The notes under the pieces: generated by a model
What the model was told of the DNA's origin: nothing
The model's input: only the letters and a program-made list of their open reading frames with translations
The model's database searches: none
Shown here: positions 50,040 through 60,989 of the stretch, one piece after another
Numbering within the stretch: the first letter of the stretch is position 1
Layout: every line of letters starts with the position of its first letter
Made by a program: the position numbers and the translations under genes
DNA from: Halodesulfurarchaeum sp.
GTDB taxonomy: Archaea; Halobacteriota; Halobacteria; Halobacteriales; Halobacteriaceae
Direction of reading: 5' to 3'
Assembly: GCA_034520565.1 (NCBI GenBank)
Contig: JAXHNL010000002.1
Span: 96,001-160,000, forward strand
DNA: 64,000 nucleotides

Positions 50040-51482
50040 ATGAGGGGGAAACGGCCGATCGGGGCCATCAAACGCGCACTCGACACCGTCTTCCGCACCG
50101 AGGAGGACCTCGAGATGCTGACTGGGTCGATCGGAAAGCCGCTGTTCTTCCTCTCCCTGCCCCTGGTGCTAACCAACCTTCTCCAGAGCGCCTACAACAT
50201 TGCCGACACCTTCTGGTTGGGCCAGTACGGGACGAACGAACTCGCGGCGATCAGTTTCGCCTGGCCGCCACTGTTCCTGCTAATGATGCTGGGGATGGGG
50301 GTCGCCGTAGCCGGGAGCGTGCTCGTCGCTCAATACACGGGTGCGGGGAAGGAACGGACCGCCGAATACTCGGCCGCACAGACGATCACCTTTGCCGTGC
50401 TCGCCTCCGTCGTCATCGGCTCGATCGGCTACCTGATGGCCGGACCGTTGATCGGCGTTCTCGGGGCGGCGCCCGAGGTACATCCGCTCGCGACGGGGTA
50501 TCTCCAGGTCGTCTCGATCGGGTACGTGTTCATGTTCGGGTTCATGGTCTTCAACTCGGTCATGCGGGGGTACGGTGACACCGTTACGCCCATGCTGGTC
50601 ATGGCCGCGACGGTGGTTTTGAACATCGTCCTTGACCCGTTCCCGATCTTCGGGTGGGGACCGTTTCCCGAACTGGGAATCCTCGGTGCGGCCTACGCGA
50701 CGATCTTCTCCCGGGCGGTGGGACTCGCGATCGGGATGTACGTCATGCTTTATTCGAGCCGTGGCATCACGATCCACCTCCGGGATACCATCCCCGACCT
50801 GGCCTTTTTCCGCCGGATCGTCCGAATCGGTGCTCCGGCCGCCGTCGAGGGGGTGAGCCGAGCCGTCTCACAGAACCTCCTCATGATCGTCGTCGGCTGG
50901 TTCGCGACCCCGATCGTGGCGGGATTCGGGATCGCAACGCGGGTGTTCTCGATCGTCTTCACGCTGGGCGTCGCCGTCGACCGGGGCGTCGAAACGATGT
51001 CCGGGCAGAACCTTGGGGCGGAGAAACCCGACAGAGCCGGGTCCGCCGCCCGCATCGCTGCGATCGGGCTGTTCGTCTTCCTGTCGGGAATCGGTGCGGT
51101 CCTCTTCGTCGGCGCTGTGCCGATCTCTGCCCTGTTCACCCCCGATCAGGCCGTCATCGACGCCTCCGCCGAATTCATGCGGTGGGTCGCCCCAACCCTC
51201 GGATTCATCGGACTCATGCGGGCCTATTCGGGCAGTTTGCGAGGAGCCGGGAAAACGCTGACCGTGGCGGCGATCGCCGTCCTGATGATGGGCGTCACGC
51301 GGTTTCCCCTCGCCTGGATTGCCGCCTCCATCATGGGCGAAACGGGTATCTGGCTCGCCTTCGGCGCCTCGAACGTCGTCGGCGGTCTCGTCGCCTACCT
51401 CTGGTATCAGCGGGGGACGTGGCGGAACGTCGACCTGACCGAGCAGGAACCCGACCTTCCGGTAGAGGAGGTTCCGGAGTAA
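50040..51482 (+). CDS. MATE family efflux transporter
   Basis: QSAYNIADTFWLG, RGYGDT.TPM, NIVLDP, GQNLGA. Confidence 0.92.
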   Translation: MRGKRPIGAIKRALDTVFRTEEDLEMLTGSIGKPLFFLSLPLVLTNLLQSAYNIADTFWLGQYGTNELAAISFAWPPLFLLMMLGMGVAVAGSVLVAQYTGAGKERTAEYSAAQTITFAVLASVVIGSIGYLMAGPLIGVLGAAPEVHPLATGYLQVVSIGYVFMFGFMVFNSVMRGYGDTVTPMLVMAATVVLNIVLDPFPIFGWGPFPELGILGAAYATIFSRAVGLAIGMYVMLYSSRGITIHLRDTIPDLAFFRRIVRIGAPAAVEGVSRAVSQNLLMIVVGWFATPIVAGFGIATRVFSIVFTLGVAVDRGVETMSGQNLGAEKPDRAGSAARIAAIGLFVFLSGIGAVLFVGAVPISALFTPDQAVIDASAEFMRWVAPTLGFIGLMRAYSGSLRGAGKTLTVAAIAVLMMGVTRFPLAWIAASIMGETGIWLAFGASNVVGGLVAYLWYQRGTWRNVDLTEQEPDLPVEEVPE

Positions 51483-51631
51483 CTCGCCGCCGATCACGCC
51501 AGTCGTGAAACGTTCGAGAAATCAGGAGCGCCATTCACGGGATCAGCAGTGTTCCGTTCGCGGAACCGATTTTGTGTTGTTCGCGAACTCAGCACAACTC
51601 CTATTACCGATCTCCCACCAACGTATCGTCA

Positions 51632-53557
51632 ATGGCTCACGAAGTGACGGTGTCTTTCGATCCCTGGGAGGTGGCGGTTGCCGTCGAGGCCGGCGAGACG
51701 ATTCTCGACGCGGCCGAAGCGGGAAACGTCGGAATCGAGGCTCTCTGTGGCGGGAACGGGTTGTGTGGGACCTGTGCGGTACAGGTCGACGGAGCGGATC
51801 CCCCACTCTCCCCGCTCGATCCGGACGAGGAAGACGTCCTCGACGCCGAAGCCATCGCGGACGGTTACCGACTCGGCTGTCGAGCGGCCGTCGAGGGGGA
51901 TCTCTCGGTCTTCGTCCCCGCGGCCTCACGGAGCGAGGGCGAGATCGTGATGACGGAGGGCCAGGAGATCGACTTCGAACACGATCCGGCCATCCGCCGG
52001 TACCAGCTCACGGTTCCCGCGCCGACACTCGAAGAGACACTCCCCGATCGCGAACGGCTCATCGACGGGCTAGCGGCGGAGTACGACCTCGCGATCACCG
52101 ACGTCGACATGGAAGCGCTCACCACGCTCCCGTCGACGATCCGGGAAGGCGAAACGGACAACGAATTTCGAACAACCGCGACCGTGTACAGTGGCGAAGA
52201 AATTCTGGGCGTCGATCCGGGTCGGCCCGGTCACGCCTACGGCCTTGGGATCGACATCGGGACGACCACCCTCGCGATCTATTTGTTGGATCTCCAGTCC
52301 GGCGAGCAGGTGGCCGTGGACTCCAAGCTCAACCCCCAGAGTACCCACGGCGGGGACATCATCAGCCGGGTCCAGTATGCGAGCCAGGAACCCGGCGGGA
52401 AGGCCGAACTTCAGGAGGAGATCCTCGGAGCGATAAACGACAGCATCGCCGAGGTTGCCTCGACGGCCGACATCGACCCGACGGACATCTACGAGGCCGT
52501 CTTCGTCGGCAATACCGCCATGCATCACCTCTTTTTGGGGATCGACGCCGGTCCCGTCGCGGCGAGTCCGTACGTCCCCGGCGCCCAGTCGATTCTCCGA
52601 ACGACGGCGAGAGAACTCGACCTCGACGTGAACCCCTCCGCGTCGGTCTCCTGGCTGCCGATCATCGGCGGCTGGGTGGGGCCGGATTTCGTGGCCGACC
52701 TGCTCGTCGCCGGCGTCCTCGACCGGGAGGAGACCGTCCTTGCCATCGACATCGGGACGAACGGCGAGATCGCCGTTTCGGGGCCCGAAAAAACATACGT
52801 CGCCTCCGCACCGGCAGGCCCGGCACTCGAGGGGGCAGAGATCACTCACGGCGTGCGAGCCAAACCGGGCGCGATCGAGACGGTCAGCCTGGAGCCGGAG
52901 ACCTGGGAGCCCGAATTGGGGATCATTGGTGACGAGCCGCCGATGGGGATCTGTGGCTCGGGGATTATTGACGTCGTGGCCCAGCTCTTTCTCGTCGGGG
53001 CGATCAACCGTCGGGGCCGGCTGATCGACCCGGAGGAGGGGCAGGGTCGGATCCGCGAGACCGAGGATGGCGATCGGGAGTTCGTGCTCGTAGAAGCAGC
53101 CGAGGCAGACATCGACGAGGATATCGTCGTCTCCCAGGAAGATATCCGGGACATCCAGAACGCGAAGGCCGCGATCCAGACCGGCTCTCACGTCCTGCTC
53201 GAGGAGGCCGGTATCGAGTCCGTCGACACGCTCGTCATGGCTGGCGGCTTTGGCAATTACATCGATCCCGAGTCGGCGAAACTCTTGGGCCTCTATCCGG
53301 AGGTCGACGTCGACGACGTCGAGTTCCTCGGGAACGCGGCGGGGTACGGGGCGATGTACGCCCTCCTGAACGAGGGAGCCCGCGAGGAGGCCGAACACAT
53401 CGTCTCGGCGGTCGAATACGTCGAACTCGCCGCCTGGGAGGGCTTTCACGACCTCTTCATGGGCGCGATGTACCTGCCCCATCGGGAGTTCGATCGGTAT
53501 CCCGGGGTGAAATCGAAAGTCGAAGCGGCCCGTGGGGGTCCGATCGACGAGCTCTGA
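51632..53557 (+). CDS. ATP-dependent reductive activator of corrinoid proteins (RACo/DUF4445, ASKHA) with an N-terminal 2Fe-2S domain
   Basis: CGGNGLCGTC...RLGC, DIGTTT, GNTAMHH, DIGTNGE, AGPALEG, GICGSG, AGGFG, GNAA. Confidence 0.93.
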   Translation: MAHEVTVSFDPWEVAVAVEAGETILDAAEAGNVGIEALCGGNGLCGTCAVQVDGADPPLSPLDPDEEDVLDAEAIADGYRLGCRAAVEGDLSVFVPAASRSEGEIVMTEGQEIDFEHDPAIRRYQLTVPAPTLEETLPDRERLIDGLAAEYDLAITDVDMEALTTLPSTIREGETDNEFRTTATVYSGEEILGVDPGRPGHAYGLGIDIGTTTLAIYLLDLQSGEQVAVDSKLNPQSTHGGDIISRVQYASQEPGGKAELQEEILGAINDSIAEVASTADIDPTDIYEAVFVGNTAMHHLFLGIDAGPVAASPYVPGAQSILRTTARELDLDVNPSASVSWLPIIGGWVGPDFVADLLVAGVLDREETVLAIDIGTNGEIAVSGPEKTYVASAPAGPALEGAEITHGVRAKPGAIETVSLEPETWEPELGIIGDEPPMGICGSGIIDVVAQLFLVGAINRRGRLIDPEEGQGRIRETEDGDREFVLVEAAEADIDEDIVVSQEDIRDIQNAKAAIQTGSHVLLEEAGIESVDTLVMAGGFGNYIDPESAKLLGLYPEVDVDDVEFLGNAAGYGAMYALLNEGAREEAEHIVSAVEYVELAAWEGFHDLFMGAMYLPHREFDRYPGVKSKVEAARGGPIDEL

Positions 53558-53662
53558 GGCTACAAAAATATAAGTGCTCTTCGAGCGAAATTAACTCGTA
53601 CAGAATCCGAGAAGTGCTTGGAACTCCCGCCGGAAAGACACCGAACACACACGACAGAGACC

Positions 53663-54952
53663 ATGACAGACGAATTCGACGTAACACTGGAGAACTGGGA
53701 ACAGGGGAAGGGAATCGACTTCGAGGACGAGGCGGCTCGCGAGGCCTATCAGGCGCGGGCGGGCCGGCTGGCCACGGCGATCCGCGGGGGCACCCCCGAC
53801 CGCATTCCGACGGTCTTGAGCGCGACGTTTTACCCGGTCTTCCACGCCGGGATCACCCCCGAAACCGCGATGAACGATGCGGCGAAGCTCGCTGCGGCAC
53901 TCGAGGAGACTGTCACCGACCTCGAGCCGGACGGCCAGCAAACCACGGCCGCACTGTTGCCCTCCGCGAAGATGCTCGACATGTTGGACTACAAGCTCTA
54001 CGCGTGGCCAGGCGACGGTGCCTCGCCCACAACTGGATACCAGGCGTTGGAAGACGACTACATGGGAACCGACGATTACGAGCACTTCGTTCGTGATCCA
54101 ACCGACTTCTGGCTGCGGGAGTACATCCCCGAAATCGTCGGCGCGCTCGACGGGTTCAGGCAGTTGCCCAAATTCACCGACCTCGTCGAGATTCCGAACA
54201 TCCACTTCATGGCGATGATGTTCGGACTCCCGGAGGTCCAGGAGTCCCTGGAGACGCTGATGGAGGCCGGCGAAGAGGCCCTTCGATGGCAGGAGATCGT
54301 CGAAGGACGAGCCCAGAACATCATCGAACAGGGGTACCCCCGCTCATTCGGTGGCTTCTCCAAAGCACCCTACGACGTGATCGCCGACACGCTCCGGGGG
54401 ACCCAGGGGGCGTCGATGGACCTCAAGCGCAAACCCGATGAGCTGCTCGAGGCGACCGAATCGCTGATTCCGACGATGATCGACATGGGGATCCGATCCG
54501 CCCACGGGGCAGGCAATCCGCTCGTTTTCATCCCGCTTCACAAGGGGGCCGACGGCTTCATGTCGGAAGCGGAGTTCGAGGACTTTTACTGGGGGCCACT
54601 TCGACAGGTCATCGGCGGTCTCACCGATGTGGGCCTCGTCCCCTGGCTCTTCGCGGAGGGTGGATACAACAACCGCCTCGACGCCATCTCGGACCAGCCC
54701 GACGGGAACATCGTCTGGCAGTTCGACCGGACCGACATGGTCGAAGCCAAAAAGACCCTCGAGGGGCAGGCCGCAATCGCCGGGAACGTCCACAGTTCGT
54801 TGCTCAACACCGAGACGCCCGAAGACGTCACCGAGTACTGCGAGGAACTGATCGCGGACGTCGGCCCCGATGGGTTCATTCTCGCACCGGGCGTGGCTCT
54901 CGACGAAGCCGAACCCGAGAACGTCCGGGCGATGATCGATTCGGTGAAATAA
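53663..54952 (+). CDS. UROD-fold corrinoid methyltransferase 1 (MtvB/MtoB-like O-demethylase MT1)
   Basis: PDRIP, WPGDG, APYD..ADTLRGT, FIPLHKGADGFMS, FAEG, IAGNV. Confidence 0.8.
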   Translation: MTDEFDVTLENWEQGKGIDFEDEAAREAYQARAGRLATAIRGGTPDRIPTVLSATFYPVFHAGITPETAMNDAAKLAAALEETVTDLEPDGQQTTAALLPSAKMLDMLDYKLYAWPGDGASPTTGYQALEDDYMGTDDYEHFVRDPTDFWLREYIPEIVGALDGFRQLPKFTDLVEIPNIHFMAMMFGLPEVQESLETLMEAGEEALRWQEIVEGRAQNIIEQGYPRSFGGFSKAPYDVIADTLRGTQGASMDLKRKPDELLEATESLIPTMIDMGIRSAHGAGNPLVFIPLHKGADGFMSEAEFEDFYWGPLRQVIGGLTDVGLVPWLFAEGGYNNRLDAISDQPDGNIVWQFDRTDMVEAKKTLEGQAAIAGNVHSSLLNTETPEDVTEYCEELIADVGPDGFILAPGVALDEAEPENVRAMIDSVK

Positions 54953-55137
54953 GGGGCGCCCACGCTTCTTTAGTCCTGTCGAGTTCACGCGGGGGACGGA
55001 AACACTCCGTGCCATCACGGACGTTTTCCCAAAAGCTGAATTGATAAAGCGAAAGTAAAACTGCGTATATCGGAGTTTAGCGGGCTCGAGGGCCCAAAAT
55101 TATAATATCATTGTATTCCAATATATAACGGAGTTCG

Positions 55138-55803
55138 ATGTCACAAGAATTCGTAAACGCACTGGCCGATCTCGAGGAGGAGCGAGCGATCGAAATAGCC
55201 GAAGCACGACTCGAGGCGGGTGAGGACCCCCTCGACGTGCTCGACGATCTGAAAAAGGGAATGGGCATCGTCGGTGATCGGTACGCCGACGACGAGTACT
55301 TCATTCCCGACCTGATGTACGCCGGGGAGATCATCGAACAGATCTCCGAGCTGCTCCAGGACCAAATGCCCGAACAGGAGGATGAGTCGATCGGAACCGT
55401 CGTCCTCGGGACCGTCAAGGAAGACATCCACGACATCGGCAAGGATCTCGTCTACTTCATGTTCGACCTCAACGGCTTCAACGTCGTCGACCTCGGCGTC
55501 GACGTCCCGATTCAGGACTTCGTCGACGCCGTCGAGGAGCACGATCCCGAAATCGTCGCGCTCAGTGGCTTCCTCACCGCCGCCTTCGACTCGATGAAGG
55601 AGACCGTCGAGGCACTCGAGGAAGCAGGACTCGTCGAGGAGTTCGACGAGGACGGGATCCGCGATGGCACGAAGGTCATGATCGGCGGGGGCCAGATTAC
55701 AGACGACGTCCGGAATTACGCCCGGGCCGATGGCTTCGAAACCGATGCGCCAGCCGGGGTTACGCTCGCGAAGCAATGGACGGAAGCGAAAATGGAGGCC
55801 TGA
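55138..55803 (+). CDS. Corrinoid (B12-binding) protein 1
   Basis: Cap domain GM.IVG.RY...EYFIPDL; GTVKEDIHDIGK (DxHxxG); DLGVDV; SGFLT; KVMIGGG. Confidence 0.93.
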   Translation: MSQEFVNALADLEEERAIEIAEARLEAGEDPLDVLDDLKKGMGIVGDRYADDEYFIPDLMYAGEIIEQISELLQDQMPEQEDESIGTVVLGTVKEDIHDIGKDLVYFMFDLNGFNVVDLGVDVPIQDFVDAVEEHDPEIVALSGFLTAAFDSMKETVEALEEAGLVEEFDEDGIRDGTKVMIGGGQITDDVRNYARADGFETDAPAGVTLAKQWTEAKMEA

Positions 55804-55805
55804 TC

Positions 55806-57104
55806 ATGGCAGCACAAACTCGATCCGGACCGACCCTCGAATCGTGGATCGAGGGCGAGGAAATCGAATTCGTGGACGAAAAAGCAAAAGCCGACTATCA
55901 GAAGCGGGCCAAACGGTTCGCCGACGCGATTCGTGGCGACCAGCCCGACCGGGTCCCGGTCAATCTGCTCAGTACGTTTTACCCGGTCCTGCACGCCGGG
56001 CACACGCCGGCCGAGGCGATGAACGACGCCGAAATCCTCCAGGATTCGTTGCTCACCTTCGTCGACGACCTCGATCCCGACGTGTTTCCGTGGGCGCTCC
56101 CGACGGTCCCATCGGCAGCGGCGCTGGAAACCGTTGAGTACCAGGGCTTCGACTGGCCGGGGGACGGCTCCGCCCCGGAAACGGTCTATCAGGCAAAAGA
56201 GCAGGATTACATGACCGTCGAGGATTACGACGCCTTCCTCAAAGACCCGTCAGACTACCTCCTCCGGGGCTACCTTCCGGAGACGTTCGGGACACTCGGG
56301 GGGATGGCTCAGTTCCCAAAACCCATCAACCTCACCTTCGGGATCGCCGGCGTCCATCCGTTCCTCCTGCCGTTCGGCCTCCCGCCAGTTCGTGAAGCAC
56401 TCGAAACGTTACTCGAGGCCGGTGAGGAAGCGATGGCCTGGCAGCAAGCCGTTGGAAGCACGGTCGCGGAGATCCAGGCCAGTGGCTATCCCCAGAGCTT
56501 CGGTGGCATTACGCTCGCCCCCTACGACATGCTTGGAGACATGCTGCGAGGGACCCGGGGCATCATGAGTGACCTCAAACGTCGGCCGGATCAGTTGCTC
56601 GAGGCGATCGAGCGGATCACTCCGCTGGCCATCGAAAACGGCATCGTCTCGGCCAACGTGGTGAACAACCCGCTGGTGTTCATCCCGCTTCACAAGGGGG
56701 CCGACGGGTTCATGTCTCCAGCGGAGTTCGAAGAGTTCTACTGGCCGTCGCTGCGAGCGGTCATCGAGGCCCTCCTCGACTTGGATCTCGTGCCGTGGCT
56801 CTTTGCCGAGGGGTGCTACGAGACCCGGCTGGAGACGATCAGTGATCTGCCCGAGGGGGATATGGTCTGGCACTTCCAGGACATCGACATGGGCCGGGCG
56901 AAGGACCTCCTGGGCGATCAGGCGTGTATCGCAGGCAACGTGCCGACGTCGCTCCTGAACACCCGAGAACCCGAAGCCGTCACGGAATACTGCGAGGACC
57001 TGCTTTCGACGGTCGGGACCGAGGGGTTCGTCCTGGCCCCCGGCGTCGGCCTCGACGAGGCAAAGCCCGAGAACGTCGAAGCGATGTTCCAGGCCGTCAG
57101 ATAA
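55806..57104 (+). CDS. UROD-fold corrinoid methyltransferase 2
   Basis: Same motifs as 53663-54952; starts 2 nt after the corrinoid gene stop. Confidence 0.8.
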   Translation: MAAQTRSGPTLESWIEGEEIEFVDEKAKADYQKRAKRFADAIRGDQPDRVPVNLLSTFYPVLHAGHTPAEAMNDAEILQDSLLTFVDDLDPDVFPWALPTVPSAAALETVEYQGFDWPGDGSAPETVYQAKEQDYMTVEDYDAFLKDPSDYLLRGYLPETFGTLGGMAQFPKPINLTFGIAGVHPFLLPFGLPPVREALETLLEAGEEAMAWQQAVGSTVAEIQASGYPQSFGGITLAPYDMLGDMLRGTRGIMSDLKRRPDQLLEAIERITPLAIENGIVSANVVNNPLVFIPLHKGADGFMSPAEFEEFYWPSLRAVIEALLDLDLVPWLFAEGCYETRLETISDLPEGDMVWHFQDIDMGRAKDLLGDQACIAGNVPTSLLNTREPEAVTEYCEDLLSTVGTEGFVLAPGVGLDEAKPENVEAMFQAVR

Positions 57105-57174
57105 TCTTTAGGTCCCTTGGAGTTCCACTTTTTGGAGGACCATACCGGGAAATTAAAAATCGAGAGTCGGTTCG

Positions 57175-58504
57175 TTACTCCTGGCGGGAGAGTCGCAACC
57201 CGTAGACTGCAGCCAGGAACGATGCTACAAACATCGCCGCTGCCAACAGCAATGCTTCGCCATACCCGCCAAAGAAGTCCGCCATGTACCCGAAGAGAAC
57301 AGGCCCGATGGCAAGCCCGGCCCCCACGGAAAACGCGTTGATGTAACTCATCACCATACCGACGTTCTTGCGTCCGAAGAGGGCCGGAACGGCAGCAAAG
57401 TGAAGGATCGGTTGCCCGGGCGTGATGAGAAACAGGATCACGCCGACGACGTAGACCATCAGCAGATTCGAATACGTGAAGTAGAACACCACAAAAATGA
57501 TTGCAGCTAACAGGTAATTTAACCTGAGTGCTCGCGCACGGATCCCCGAGTCTGTCCATCGCCTCCCCCCAGCCCAGCGCAGCAACAATGCCGACGACAC
57601 CGGACATCGCGAAGAAGGTGGGGACAGTGTTACTCGCAATGGTGTCCGGATTGTGGCCGGTTTGACTGAGACCGTCGATCAGGATTGTTGCAATGTTCTG
57701 CAGGAATCCCATGTAGGCAGCGGCAGCGAAAAACATCGCGACGAAGAGTACCCAGAACTTCGCGGTCCTGGCAGCTTCGCCGATGGTGTACTCGCCCCGA
57801 TCGATGTCCGACTCGGGTTCGGCCTCCGGTTCTTCGTCCGATTCGTCCGAGGTTTCGACTTCGAGTTTTCCCGATTCGATCTCCTCCTGCGTCGGGTTTC
57901 GCCACAGCGCGAACCCGAGGACGGCCGTCGCCACGCCACCGGTGGCACCCATCGCGAGAAACACGTCCGCCCCGAATCCGAAAAAGGTGATCAGGAACGT
58001 CGCGAACGGAGCCAGCAGTAATCGTCCGAGGGCTCCACCGAGATTCCCGATTGCCATCGCCCGACCGAGACGGTCACCCCGAAACCATCGGGAAACGGTC
58101 GGGTTCGCCGCCCCCTGTGCCATCCCGGCACCGACGCCGACGATAAAACTCCCCGCGTACCAGGACCACTTTGCCGTCGCCCAATCGTCGGTCGCGAACA
58201 TCACGCCGATGAGCACGAATCCGGCAAAGAACAGTACCGCCGCAAGCCCCAGTGGAACCTTCGGATTATCCATCCAATCGAGAATCGTCCCGGCGATCGG
58301 GGGTCCGATAACCATCGTCCCCACACTGAGTGCAGAGGCACCGATCGCTATTGGCCCGATCACGTCGATGCTAAAGGAGTCTTGAATGAACGGAAACCAA
58401 ATCGACCAGATGCCGGACACTGTGAGCAGTGCTCGAAAAGCTGTTCCTGAGATGGGGTAGTACCATCTCTTATCCGCACCAACACCCTTGTTGAACAATC
58501 CCAT
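57175..58504 (-). CDS. MFS transporter (OFA/OxlT-like), with a 1-nt frameshift at ~57535-57548
   Basis: SRWF...G.A, EAARTAKFW, MDRLG. The last TM helices (VPALFGRKNVG...GYMADFFGGY) are in a second frame. Confidence 0.82.
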
Positions 58505-58725
58505 TGTCCATTAATTTCCTTTAATTTCCTTAGATATATAGTTTATCCTCACCATAAATTGGGTATCTGAAGGTGTATTTCCGGCATAAACCGTGATTAT
58601 CGGATCAAAGATCGACATTTACTCGATCCAAAACTACACTATCTAATTCCGATTTGTGCTATTTTCAACAAATTAATAATGGAAATGCGGGAGATATTGA
58701 AATGATTTTCAGTCGAGAGCTAAAG

Positions 58726-59312
58726 ATGGCACATTTCGGTCAGGACGGTGTCGGCCCTGATAGAAGGTGGTTTTGCCCGATTTCCGGACGGACGTTCAGG
58801 TTCTTCCTTGCGTCCCTCGGAATATGGTCCCTCTTTTTCCCCATACATTATGGACGAATTTAGTCTCGAAGTAGTCACTCCGGTTGCTATCGACTCGTCA
58901 ACAGCGGGTGTCGGAGTAATGGTTCTGGGACCGCCAGTTTCTGAGACAGTTCTCGATAAAATAAAAGCCCCAAAGTTCCTCCTTAGAGCTTGCTGCGGTT
59001 GTCTTCGGCGGAGACGCCCTCCTATTGGCGTTACTGTTGAATGTAGACACCTAGACAACGGCAAGTGGTACTGGTACCTCCTCCTGGGTATCGGTGCCGT
59101 GATGTTCCTCTTCTTCGGTGGTGAACCAGTGGTCAACGTCTCCACGGTTCCACATCTCTTCGCCAGTCCAAACATTGAAATGGAAATGGTTTCCTCAACG
59201 CGTTCTCGGTAGGCACGAGAATTGTGCTCGGTCCAACGGTGATGGCCTATCTATCAGACTTTACCGGATCATACATGTGGCCGCTCGTTTTGGCGCTCCT
59301 ATTACGGTTTGA
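58726..59312 (+). pseudogene. Decayed, internally deleted paralog of the adjacent MFS transporter
   Basis: Fragments GVGPDRRWFCPISG, GPPVSETVLD, KWYWY, VPHLF and LNAFSVG...LGP...SDFTGSY match the N- and C-termini of 57175-58504 across several frames. Confidence 0.75.
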
Positions 59313-59454
59313 ATCGACTAGATTGCCCGGTATGGGATATTATGCGAGCCGTTGAAAATCCGCTCAGTTTTTTTCGTCATATGAAATAGCAGAAGATTAC
59401 ATCCCGGCAATAATTGTCGATAGAACTAAGAGGAGATGAATGTAAGCAAGTAAC

Positions 59455-60768
59455 ATGGGTCAGACTTACGACCTGAAGAACCATCCGTCAGGAGGCGAAT
59501 TGTGGCAAAAATGGGAATCAGGCAGCGATATTGATTTTGTTGACGACGAAGCTCAAGAAACTTACCAACGTCGAGCAACACGGATCCGTAAAGCGATCGA
59601 ACTCAAGGAACCCGACAGGATTCCGGTCCGCTTGGGGGCCGGCTTTCTCGCCGGCCACCTAGCCGACGTGACCTTCGAGGAGATGATGTATGACGCGGAA
59701 AAGGCGAAAAAGGCCATGCGACAGTATAAGGCCGAATTCAAACCGGATCTGAACCCGGTCACGCCACAACCCAGCGGGGAAATGCTGGACACGCTTGGAG
59801 TCGAGTTCTATGACTGGCCGGGGGATGGTCTCAAAGAAAACGTGGGGTATCAAGCGCTCGAAGACGAATACCTTCCCCCCGAGGAGTACGACGAGTTCAT
59901 TGCCGATGTCGAAGGGTGGATGTTGAAGAAATACATGCCGCGGGTGTTTTCCAATCTCGAGGGACTACAGCACCTCCCACAGTTTCTCAGTACGATAGAA
60001 CTCCCCTTCCTCGGCCCCACGTTTTCTGCGTTCGCTAATCCCGATCTTCAGGAAGCGCTTCAAACGTTGATGGAAGCAGGAGAGCAAGGGGCTGCATGGG
60101 GTCAAGAAGTCGGTTCAATAGCTGCAGAAGCAAACGCAGAGGGATTCCCATCAGGTCTGGGAGGGTTCGGAAAGGCCCCCTTCGACATCATTGGAGACAC
60201 GATAAGAGGTACCAGGCCAACGATGGTTGATATGCGTAAACGTCCGGAAAAACTCAAGGAGGCTACGGAAGCTCTCGTCCCTCACGCAATCAAACAGGCC
60301 GTCGGAGGGCCTCTCGCTTCAGGCACACCAATGAACATCTTCGTCCTCCACAAAGGCGACGACTCGTTCATGTCGAAGGAGGATTTCAAGGAGTTCTACT
60401 GGCCGACACTCAAGAAAGTCGTCGATGCGGTCATCGATCGTGGAATCGTTCCCTGGATGTTCGCGGAGGGACGGTATAATGAACGATTAGAAATCGTTGC
60501 AAACGATCATCCCGACGGTCCGATTGTTTGGTACTTCGATAAGACCGATATGAGGCGGGCCAAGGAAATTCTCGGTGACAAAGCGGCCATCGCTGGCAAT
60601 GTCCCCACCGATATCATCAAAACTGGGGATCCAGAGGATGTCGAAGCCTACTGTAAAGATCTTATCGAAGACGTGGGCCCGGAGGGCTTCATTCTCACGC
60701 CCGGTGTGACAGTTTATCGGGCCCCACCCGAAAACCTTCACGCGATCATCGATTCCGTTAAGGAGTAA
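59455..60768 (+). CDS. UROD-fold corrinoid methyltransferase 3
   Basis: PDRIPV, YDWPGDG, KAPFD..GDTIRGT, LHKGDDSFMS, IAGNVP. Confidence 0.8.
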   Translation: MGQTYDLKNHPSGGELWQKWESGSDIDFVDDEAQETYQRRATRIRKAIELKEPDRIPVRLGAGFLAGHLADVTFEEMMYDAEKAKKAMRQYKAEFKPDLNPVTPQPSGEMLDTLGVEFYDWPGDGLKENVGYQALEDEYLPPEEYDEFIADVEGWMLKKYMPRVFSNLEGLQHLPQFLSTIELPFLGPTFSAFANPDLQEALQTLMEAGEQGAAWGQEVGSIAAEANAEGFPSGLGGFGKAPFDIIGDTIRGTRPTMVDMRKRPEKLKEATEALVPHAIKQAVGGPLASGTPMNIFVLHKGDDSFMSKEDFKEFYWPTLKKVVDAVIDRGIVPWMFAEGRYNERLEIVANDHPDGPIVWYFDKTDMRRAKEILGDKAAIAGNVPTDIIKTGDPEDVEAYCKDLIEDVGPEGFILTPGVTVYRAPPENLHAIIDSVKE

Positions 60769-60989
60769 ATCTACGCACTCGGAGGGGGTTTTTCGATATC
60801 GTGAGGGAGGAAGCCGAAAGTAATCCCCTAATTGATTGCCTTGTTTTATCCTGTCCGTGGTTACTAAACGTCAAAGCTTACCCTCGAATACTGTTCGCTG
60901 ATTTCCCCAATTCCGAGCCCATCATCAGTGGGATCGGGCAGTCAAAGAACGGACTACTCCCAAAGTCGGATAGCGATCTTTGACCGTCT